NCBI RefSeq assembly: GCF_018350175.1
Contig: NC_058368.1
Coordinates: 142,912,001-142,976,000 of the forward strand
Source of the DNA: Felis catus
Taxonomy: Eukaryota
Reading direction: 5' to 3'
DNA: 64,000 bases
Both the position numbers and the translations under genes were made by a program. Of this stretch, positions 53,831-64,000 are shown in pieces. Under the pieces are notes generated by a model. The model did no database searches and had not been told where the DNA came from. It was given only the letters and a program-made list of their open reading frames with translations. Every line of letters begins with the position of its first letter. The stretch's first letter is position 1.

Positions 53831-56800
53831 TATTTCTATCATAACCTCATTTTACAGCTGAGGAAACTGAGGTTTAGTAAAGAGATTAGGCAACATAAGT
53901 ATGGGATTTTCAATTATTATTATTAAATCACATCTAGAATTAATTTCTTATCCAGTGAATTTGCAATTTCTTATGTATTTGCTATTCCATTTAGCTTTGT
54001 GTATTAGTCTACTTAAATATATTCAATTCTGGGTACTCTTCTCAGTGTTCAATTTGTCCTAAGAGTTTAGAACCAAGAGTACGGCTTCTCCAAAAGAAGC
54101 ACGCCTAATATTATATTCCCCCATGAAACAAAATAATTCAGCATTAACCCAGAGATGGGTTATAACAAAAATACAAGTGTGTTTAGAAAACAGTATTATA
54201 AAATGTATCAAGCCTTTTCAAAGGCTTTGATTTGATAATCCGTCTCCTGGAAAACCATTCTAGAGAAATAATTCAACAAATCAAGTAAGCTGCACACATA
54301 CCTGCAAATCTTTCTTGTAACATTACCAGCTCCATCCTACAAGAATATATTAGGGGTAAAAATTACGGGTATAGTTAGATTCATTATGATGAATAGACAT
54401 GAAGGAAAATTATGTAGTTAATTAAATAATCATTATGACCTATGGAAACATGGAAAGAAGTTTATTATATGATACTAAATGGAAAAAGAAAACCCAAAAT
54501 TGAGTTATAATGGAAATTATCACTATTAAAACATGTATGCTAGGGGCACCTGGGTGGTTCAGTTGGTTAAGTGTCCAACTTGGGCTCAGGTCATGATCTT
54601 ACGGTTCATGGGTTCAAGCTCTGTGCTGTTAGTGCTGAGATACTCTGTGTCCTCTCTCTCTGCCCCTCACCTGCTCATGCATGTACGCATGCACATGATC
54701 TCTCTCTTCAAAAATAAATAAATATTTTAAAAAACCACATATGTTTGGGGTGTCTGGGTGGCTCAGTTGATTGAGGTTCTGAATCTTGATTTGGGCTCAG
54801 GTCATGATCCCAGGGTCATGGGATCGAGCCTCGAGTTGAGCTCCATGCTGAGCATGGAGCCTGCTTGAGATTCTCTCTCTCTTTCTCCCTCTGCCCTTCT
54901 CTCCCAATCACACACTCTCTCTCTCTTTCACTAAAACTTAAAAAAAAAAAAAAAAAAGTGTGCTTGAAGACAAAACTGAGAGAAAATATCCCCCAAAATG
55001 GAAATAATTCTGTTAAAATGCTACACTCACTGGCTCACTTCAAAAAAAAATTTTATAATTTATACAATAGAATACTATATAGCAACGAAAATGAACTAAA
55101 ACTACATGTATCAATATGAATACATCTTGAGCAAAAGAAAGTTTCAGAAAGATATATGACATAATTCCATGTCTGCAAAGTTTTTAAAACATGTATATGC
55201 CCTACTATGTATTATTTGGAGTTAAAAACACACATACCCATGTGGTAAAAGTTTAAATATTTGGATAACAACAATAAACACCAAATTTAGGCCAGTGATT
55301 ACTCCTGATTAGGGAGGGAAATGTGACCAGGGAGAGATTACTTCTTAATCTGATTAGAGAGTAAACAGGATATTCATCAATATTATCTTCTACCAGTGGT
55401 TCTCAACTCCTCTGAGAATTTTATTAAAAATACAGATGCCTGAAAAAACAAAAACAAAAACAAAAACAGATGCTTCGGGGTACCCGGGTGGCTCAGTCCG
55501 CTGAGCATCAAACTTCAGCTCAGGTCAGTTCATGATCTCATGGTTTGTGGGTTCAAGCCCTGCATTGGGCTCTGTGAGGACAGCTCAGAGCCTGGAGGTT
55601 GCTTTGGATTCTGTGTGTGTCTCTCTCCCTCTGCCCTCCCCTGATCACACTCTGTCTCTATCTCTCAAAATAAATAAATACTAATTTTTTTTATTTATTA
55701 AAAATAAATACAGATGCTTGGGCCCCACCATCATAGATTCAGAGTCAGTTGGTTTAAAGTAAGGCCTGGGCCTCTGTAATTTGAAAAACTCCCAGATGAT
55801 TCTAATGAGCACCCAGTTCTCACCCACTCAGTGAGAGTTGAGCAGTGATGTGGGTTTTTGTTTTTTTTTTTGTATAGCTAAAATATAGAATAATCATTAA
55901 AACTGATCTTTAATATTGCCATCTTGTTTTAGCAATAAAAACACAAGATTTATAAAATATGTATCTTAGGGGTACCTGGGTGGCTCGGTCGTTTAAGCAT
56001 CCGACTCTCGTTTTTGGCTCAGGTCATGATCTCACAGTCAGTGAGACTGAACCCCAAATCAGGCTCTGTGCTGACAGCATGGAGCCTGCTTGGGATTCTG
56101 TCTCTTTCCCTCTCTTTGCCTCTCTCTCTCTCTTTCTCCCTCAAAATTAATCAGCAGTTTAAAAAATTAAAAATAAATAATAATTAGAAAAAATGTTTGA
56201 AGTATCTTAGATTTGCTTGACTCCTAAAATTAGAGACCCCTGCAGCTTTCCAACCACAGGTATCTGTGGGCTCTCTGCTACCCACAGTACAGAGAACCCC
56301 ACGTGTGTATTATGCAGGAGTGGAAACCAAGCCCAAGCAGATTAGGGAAACAGTACTGTTTGAATCATCCTGCCAGCAACAGTACAACTGAAAATGACAC
56401 CCCCACACGATTGTTTTCCCCGCAGAATGAATTTCACAAGAGCTCCCTTCCAGAGAGCGACTTCTGCACCAGCAGCTTCCTCCTCCTCTGGGCCTCTCTC
56501 TCTCTCCACTGTAATAAAGGAAAAAAAGGACACAAGCCGATCTGTTCTGTCTCAGCAAGGCAGGCTTGTCAGATTTCCAGGATGCCAGGCCAGCGGGTAC
56601 AGTGGCAGAAGCACCCCGTGGGCCAACAGGAGGAAACCAATTGCCTTCTAAGGCAGTCTGCCCTGAGCATGGTCTTGAAGTCAGAAATGGAAGGAAGCCA
56701 AAGGAAGCTGCAGTGGCCAAGTCCTGGCCGCAGGTTAGCTAGCTGAGGAAAAAGGAGCCCAGGAGCACTGACAAGTCTAACCACCCCACTCGCCAGCTGT

Positions 56801-59184
56801 TCGCCCTCCTCAGAATCTTCCTTTTCTTTCTTCCTTGCCTGCAGTCTCTTTGCATGGACTTCTGTCCTTATTCTTCCAGGTTTTCTTTAGAAACCAGAGT
56901 AGGGAGTGCGAAGGAGAGGGTGTTAGGCAGAGATAAAGCGGTATTTTTTGTACCAAGGCAGACAATGAAATAAATGAAATGTAGGAGGATTAAGGAAAGA
57001 GCCAAATTAATACAATAAACATTATGAACTGAACTATGGTCTCTTAGCAACTTAGGTGCTCTTAAAAACAAAAGAAATGGCCTCTTTTGGTAAAACAACA
57101 ACAAGTCACTATTGCACTATTGACTGTCATCAATCTGTCGTCAATGGAACCTAAATTCTGACAGGACATTCGACACTTGAGATCCTGTTGGTCCAGGATC
57201 TCAGCACACCAGAGAGTGCAAATATTCTTACTGAAGGAACTTGAAAAAAAAGAAAAGGAAAAGAGAGAAGAAGCACATGGAATGAAAACAGCATTGCTGA
57301 AATTCATTTCTATTAAAGAACTTGAGATCTTTTTTTAAATTATTAAATTTTTTTTTTAATTTTTTTTTCAACGTTTATTTATTTTTGGGACAGAGAGAGA
57401 CAGAGCATGAACGGGGGAGGGGCAGAGAGAGAGGGAGACACAGAATCGGAAACAGGCTCCAGGCTCTGAGCCATCAGCCCAGAGCCTGACGCGGGGCTCG
57501 AACTCCCGAACTCCCGGACTGCGCCACCCAGGCGCCCCTAAATATTTATTTTTGAGAGAGAGCAAGAGCACGTGCACACATGCGTGAACAGGGGAAGGAC
57601 AGAGAGAGGGAGTCAGAGGATCCCAAGCAAGCTCCATGCCGACAGCACAGAGCCCAACGCAGGACTCGAACTCATGGAACCAAGCGATCATGACCTTATC
57701 CGAAGTCGGACATTCAACTGACTGAGCCACCCAGGCGCCCCAAGAACCCAAAATTTTTAAATTCGGTATTTCAATAAAATATCCTGGCTAAGATTTCCTA
57801 AGGGGTGCCATGTTAAAAACAGCGACTTCCTTTTCTTAGAAAAGGGATTCTGTGTCAGTGAGTGGTTCTTGTGGTTCTTCACAGGAAGAAGTCATTGTAG
57901 AGGCTCAGAAAAGAGTATTCACAGTTTTCTCTAGACTGGAGGCACCGCGATGAATCCAGAGACATTGCAGACAGGTGTGCATGCAAACAAACGCAAGCAG
58001 AAGCAGGAGGGTTAAGGAATGCTCCTGCTGCTATCCTGCCTGGCATGCAACTTTTAAAAATTTATTTCTCCAAAGCGAATCCTCCTCAGGAACAGAAGCT
58101 GAGGGATTAAGCTATGTCCCAGGGACAGTTTTGATAATATTAATCATGTTGATAAACAAACTCAGAAACAACAAAAATATATCAAGCCATATTTCAGTTT
58201 CAGTGTTTGCCAAAAAGTCCCCAATAAAAGGAGAGCAACTGTTTTCAAGTTTCTAGAAGTCTAGCCATGAAGACGAAAGCAGAAAAACTAAGAGCTCTAG
58301 AAAGGAAAAAGGACAAAGCTTTTGCTATTTCAGTAATTTTTGTGGTCATTTTAAAATGAAAAAAAAAAACACTTTAATGAGTAATATGTACAAGAGATTT
58401 CTCTGGAATTATGTGACTGAGTTATCTAACAAGAATTTGCCTCACACTTAATTAATCCTTTGTGCAGTCATCAAGCAAAGAATGCCAAGAGTTTTGCATA
58501 ACCTGACGTCTTCAGAAGCAAAGACCAGTCAGACAAGTTTCCAGATAGAAATAAAAATAAATGCAAATAAAAAGTAGAGACCAGGATTACATGGAAAAGA
58601 TACAGCCTGTCAACAAAGAGAAGACATATGAGTCTTGGTCCCACGTGAATTAAAAAATTAGTCCAATTAAAAAACTCAGATTAGGGGCGCCTGGGTGGCG
58701 CAGTCGGTTGAGCATCCGACTTCAGCCAGGTCACGATCTCGCGGTCCATGAGTTCGAGCCCCGCGTCAGGCTCTGGGCTGATGGCTCAGAGCCTGGAGCC
58801 TGTTTCCGATTCTATGTCTCCCTCTCTCTCTGCCCCTCCCCCGTTCATGCTCTGTCTCTGTCTGTCCCAAAAATAAATAAACGTTGAAAAATAAAAAATA
58901 AAAAAAAAAACTCAGATTAATTTAAAATTCAACAAATCAATCAAATACATTCAAAACTTAACACAAACTCTCCATTACCATTTAGATATCTAAATATACT
59001 ACTTCATCGGACCATTGTGGATTGTAAACATGACAAAAATAGCTTTTATATAGGAGTTTCTTTCACAACAAGACGTAAAATGGTTATCTCATTAATCTCA
59101 TACCTCTGTGAGGAAAATTGAAAAAGTGATGAGTCTCATCAGTAGGTATACATAATCTAGAACATTGTTCTCTAAACTGGGTCA

Positions 59185-59480
59185 TAGGCGCAAATACGGA
59201 GAACAAACTGATGGTTACCAAAGGAGGGGAGGGGATGGGCAAAGTAGGTGAAGGGGAGCAGGAGATACCGGCTTCTAGTTATTGAATGAATACGTTGTGG
59301 TGATCAAAGGTACAGCATGGGGAATGTAGCCAATGGTATTCCACCAGTTGGTAGCTACACTTGTGGAGGGCACAGCTTATGTAGACTTGTTGAATCACTA
59401 TATTGTACACCTGAAACTAATGTAACATTGTGAGCCAACTAGACTTCAACAATAAAATAAAATCAGATAAAAGTAAAATA
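59185..59480 (+). mobile_element. 5'-truncated L1 3' end with A-rich tail
   Basis: gagaacaaactgatggttacc...gaatcactatattgtacacctgaaactaatgtaacattgt, then (aataa)n; degenerate flanking repeat taaactgggtcatagg/taaaccgggctacagg. Confidence 0.75.
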
Positions 59481-59503
59481 AACCGGGCTACAGGTCTTAG
59501 GAG

Positions 59504-60137
59504 TGTTAAAAAGAAAACCACAGCCCAAAATGGTGTCACTTAGGCCAACTCCACAAACCAGGGCTTAATACCCAATTTAATTGCAGTTTCAACCTCCTCC
59601 AGAAATACAGTCTTAATCAGTCACTCAGGAATTTACTGATCACACAAGAGGTGGCCACAGGATCCCTTTCCATCCCCCAACGATAGATGAAGTGGGGTGG
59701 ATGAAGTAATCTGTATAAGACCGCTGCTTTTCCCACAAAGGAAAATCGACCTTGCCTGGAACAATCCTTTTCTTGTGCTAATAACTTTCTTGCCCCTCCC
59801 CCCCCACCTTCCTATTTTTTTTTTTAAAGAAACTTTTTTTTAATGTTTATTTATTGTGAAAGGTGCAGAGAAAGAGGGAAAGAAAGAATCCCAGGTTCTG
59901 ATAGCACAGAGCCTGATGTGGGGATTGATCCCACAAACCATGAGATCATGACCTGAACTGAAATCAGAGGTCAGACCCTTAACTGACTTAGGCACCCAGG
60001 TGCCCCACAAACGTTCCACTTTCTACAGTTCCTTGGAGCTCCCCTCTACTTCTTAGCTGGGATGTCCCCAATTCATGAATCTTTTAATAAAGCCAATTAA
60101 ATCTTCAAATTTACATAGTTGAATTTTGTTTTTAACA
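59504..60137 (+). mobile_element. ERV1-type solo LTR interrupted by a Can-SINE (about 59815-60006, minus)
   Basis: Perfect terminal inverted repeat TGTTAAAAA...TTTTTAACA; 4-bp flanks GGAG/GGAA; internal AATAAA near the 3' end. Confidence 0.75.
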
Positions 60138-63100
60138 GGAAAAGGCTGTATTCAATTTGTTTGGCTTCCTACAAGGGCATTGCATGCATCTCTTGTATAA
60201 TTATTATAACGCAGAATTCTCCACGTGAGGGGTGTCAGCAGGTAAAGAAGATATATTAATACTCAGTTTACATCAGATTAGTCCATCTCAGATCTCGTTT
60301 TGAAATTCCTCCTCCATTGGTTGGAGATTCTATCCCAGTGGTGGTGTCTACTGAGACAGAGAGCTGTAGCGCTGCTATTCTCATTCACTCATGTATTCAT
60401 ATATTATTCATTCATTCACATATTCATTCATTGGTAATTTCAAGGGCTGGCATGAGGGAACATTAGCTACATCTCTTTGATCACCATTATTTCCTACAGC
60501 AAATGCAATTTCAATCCAAACTCTCATCTTCAATCCCAACCAGATGATCACCTCTGAGTCATTTTTATATCAAAATTCTAGAGATACCACTGCATTAATC
60601 TTTAATACACATTTCTTTTTGAGGCCCTGGGCTGGACACTGGGATATGGCTTAGATCAAGTTCTACCCAGGTCTCTGTCCTCAGGATTATAGAGTCGAGA
60701 GAGTGTCTGCTTGGGGTAAGGTGGGCACAGGATGAGGTTAGGAAGACAATTCTGATTTCTTCAGATTCTTTTTTTTTTTTTTTGACTTCTTAAGATTCTT
60801 AAATTGAGAAGACCTACATGATCTCACGCTTCATGAGATCAAGCCACACACTGGGTTCCACACTGACAGCAGGGAGCCTGCCTGATATTCTCTCTTCTCC
60901 CCTCTCTCTCTGCCCCTCCCCTGCTCATATGCGTGCACGTGCATACTCTCTCTAAATAAACAAATAAACAAACAAACTTAAAAAAATTGAGAAAGACCTA
61001 GAACAGGATCCAGGATGTAGACATCCCTAAACATTCTCAATTTAGCAAAGCTATTAACTATAACTGTTCTAGACACTCACAGTGGACCTTTCAGAAACAA
61101 TAATTAAGCACTTAAACACAGACATGGTTCCGGATTTACATGCATCTAATATTAATTCTGTTCCTAATACAGAGCAAAACATTTGACAAATACACCAAAA
61201 CATTTGCAATTGATTCATTGTGACTATGCAGAGAGGTTAACTGTGACTTCACAACATCTAATTGCTACTTCACAGAGAACTTGCCCAGGATCACACCGCT
61301 GGGAAGTTGAGAAGACAGGATTCCAGCCATGTAGGTATGGCCCCAGGTCCTGTGGTCTTTGCCACCATTCTGCACGAGCTGCTGGTGCTCCTAGTTTCAC
61401 TTGTCCTCCCCTTCTAGAGCCCTTTGCAATGCAAGAACAACAACTACTTTGGAGGAGGAGTCCTCTGTGACATAAGGAAAATAGTTCTTGACTGAGTATT
61501 CTGTTCTTTTCCCAGCTCTGTTAATTAGCCCTGGGAACAAGGACATGTGTCTTCACCTCATTACCTCTCAGTTCCTGCATCTAAAAATGCTGACATGGAA
61601 ATGAATGGTCTCCGATGTCCCCTTTATTCCTCAAATTCAAAGTTTTTGAAAGAAAAAATATATAGTCCAAGTATATATTTTAAATTAGGAAGTATGTCAT
61701 AGTTTAAATTATAAGTCTTAGTCTATAAATGATATGTTTGAACTTGACTATACCTTAAAGAAAACCTCATAGGATTTGTGTTTGTCTTTCATAGAGAGCC
61801 TTAAAACATCGGATTTTTATAAAACCTCAATTTTAGGGCGCCTGGATGGCTCAGTCAGTTAAGAGTCCAACTTTGGCTCAGGTCATGATCTCACGGTTTG
61901 TGGGTTCGAGCCCCACGTCAGACTCTGTGCTGACAGCTGAGAGCCTGGAGCTTACTTCAGATTCTGTGTCTCCTTCTCTCTCTGCCCCTCCCAAGCTCCC
62001 ACTCTGTCTCTCTCTCTCTCTCTCTCAAAAATAAATAAACATTAAATAAATAAATAAATAAATAAAGCCTCAACTTTAAAATGATCTCATTTCATTCACC
62101 CTTTTCAAGAGGATGAGTCCAGCTCTGGCAATGCTTGGACTCATGAAGCTCATCTCCTGAGGCTGAGCAGAGATAGACACTGTCTGCCATGACATGTGTT
62201 TACCTCCCTTGCTATTATGACATGTAGGTAGTGGTGATGGCCAGTGTGGATGGGAAATGGAGAATAGCAGCGTGCAGGCAGGTGGGAGTGACCCAGCTGG
62301 TAACAGAGGAGAGAGTGGGACCCACCTGATAGAGTGACACCTCCAGCTGCCCATGCACATTATTTGCATGAGAGAATCAAGCTTCACACATATTAGTATA
62401 CAAGTGGTTCCCAACTTATATACAACTTGTATGAACACCCTTCATCTGGCCTCAATGCCACTTCTTCCTTCTTTTTTTGCTCCAATTCTTGCCTCCCCAT
62501 ACTTGAACTGATGCCTAGACAATAGCTTAGCGTTGGGGGAGGATCCTTGCTTGGACAGGAGTGGGGACAAAATGGGGTCACCAAAAGGATTCTGATTTTT
62601 TGAGCCTCTTAAGCTAGGAAAGACCAAGAAAATGGATCCAAGATGATGACATCTCTAAATATTCTCCATTGTATGAAGTTGGATCCTGACACTATACTAA
62701 ATACTCATAGTGTTAATAGCTAACATTTATTGGGAGCTTACTAAGGGTCAAGCACTGTACTTATATGTACTAATCCATTGCTACCCCTATCAACCCTGTG
62801 AAATAGAAACTAATATCCCTGTTTCTTAGGTGAAGAATCTAGGCATGAAGAAGTTAAATAGTTACAAGGCCAGGTAGTCTGGTTCCAGAGTCATTATTCC
62901 TAACTGCTACCCTGTGCAGCCTTGGTGCAGAACCTCTTCCCTGGAAACCCAGAATCCATCTTATAGATAAGGAAATTGAGCCCAGCAATGCTAAGAGGCC
63001 TGTCTATATCCATACAGCTTTTAAAGGAATTGTTGGGAAAACCCTAAAACTCCCAACTTCTAGAACAGTAATTCTTCTCCTATCTTTTCCTGACTCTGAC

Positions 63101-63412
63101 AGGTATGGGCGTTGAGGACGTGAAGTGGAAGTGTCTTTAGTTTCCAATTCTTGCTTTCCATAGAAGCTGTTCCATGTCCTTGCTGGTTTTGTTGCCCTGC
63201 TCTGGGAGGTGCTGGCTTCCTAAGATGTGGCACCCAAATCATAATCTGCCTGAATATCGCCCTCAGCAGGGCCCAGGAAAAGACCTACTGTCCTTCCTAA
63301 GACAGTTTACCTACTTTTTAAAAGAACTGAAAAACCATTCATCCTCAAGGATAAAGTCATCTGCCCCCCAGAACAGAACCTGCCCCAACTGTGAGATGAA
63401 CTTTTCTTTTAT

Positions 63413-63464
<52 letters not shown>

Positions 63465-63649
63465 ACAGAGTGCAGGCTCTTGAACCAGACTGAGAAAGGC
63501 CTAACCCCAGGTCTACCACGTAGTACTTAGTACTGGGGGGAGAGGGGAAAGAACTTACTTAGCCTTTCTGAGCCTCGGCTTCTTCCTCTAAAAAATGAAA
63601 ATCAGCCTCACAGGGTAGTTTTAAGGACCTATTGTGAATTAATACTTAC

Positions 63650-63895
63650 CAAGCATTTAATGTAAGCTGTCATTATAGACAACATTGGATCTATAAAATT
63701 AACCCACGCTGAGAGATGACTTAAAAATGTCTTGTTCAGAAAACTTAAAAAATCTCTCAAGTCCAATGAATGCAGGGGAATTATAGGTCTGAAATAGTCC
63801 AAGCCCAGCATGGGCTTTAGTATTCCAAGGTCTGCCCTTTTCAGTCTTTCTCTCAGTATAACCTGAAGATATATCCCTCCTTCTTCTTGAGCATC
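63650..63895 (-). CDS. Candidate internal coding exon (246 nt, phase 0-0) of an unrecognised minus-strand gene or pseudogene
   Basis: minus strand: ttttaatactcaccctcag|GAT GCT...TGC TTG|gtaagt; 82 open codons DAQEEGGIYLQVILRERLKRADLGILKPMLGLDYFRPIIPLHSLDLRDFLSFLNKTFLSHLSAWVNFIDPMLSIMTAYIKCL; no family recognised; the donor abuts a MIR-like segment. Confidence 0.4.
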
Positions 63896-63925
63896 CTGAG
63901 GGTGAGTATTAAAATGAAACACACA

Positions 63926-63976
63926 ATAAAATAAAATAAAATAAAATAAAATAAAATAAAATAAAATAAAATAAAA
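63926..63976. repeat. (ATAAA)n pentanucleotide repeat
   Basis: Directly visible. Confidence 0.95.
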
Positions 63977-64000
63977 CACATACTACCTTCTAAGGAAAAA

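Larger units (their letters stand above)
49560..62066. mobile_element. Can-SINEs about 49560-49740, 49997-50100, 50933-51145, 54543-54957 (two), 55477-55705, 55969-56185, 58684-58910, 60817-60985, 61835-62066 (+); 50582-50820, 57330-57740 (two) (-)
   Basis: Typical structure; 50582-50820 and 58684-58910 are near-consensus young felid SINEC_Fc copies with clean TSDs (cttaagagcaatttct; aaaaactcagatta). Confidence 0.88.

Noticed and set aside
57884..57973. Plus-strand exon-like segment (EEVIVEAQKRVFTVFSRLEAPR*)
   Set aside because: Isolated, contains a stop and has a weak donor; it illustrates the chance rate of exon-like patterns
5041..62034. Many similar short ORFs (MAQSV...AQVMIS...; MGQRETEHE...)
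   Set aside because: Recurrent translations of Can-SINE bodies, not a gene family

Overview
Mammalian genomic DNA, almost certainly felid: it is dense with carnivore tRNA-derived Can-SINEs, including young SINEC_Fc-type copies. The first 16.5 kb holds coding exons 2-8 of betaine-homocysteine S-methyltransferase (BHMT, + strand). All splice sites are canonical GT/AG, the frame is intact and the Zn-binding cysteines are present; exon 1 lies upstream of the window. The remainder is repeat-rich (about 60 SINEs, L1/L2/MIR, LTRs, hAT and Tigger DNA transposon relics, microsatellites). Notable items: (1) a tailless 5' U6 snRNA retrocopy with a 20-bp target-site duplication (TSD) in BHMT intron 5; (2) a histone H4 processed pseudogene ending at the histone stem-loop and joined to an inverted duplication of its flank; (3) several minus-strand exon-like segments at 48.7-63.9 kb that may belong to an unrecognised or decayed gene, which remains a hypothesis. 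Repeat family names come from recalled consensus sequences, and repeat boundaries are approximate.
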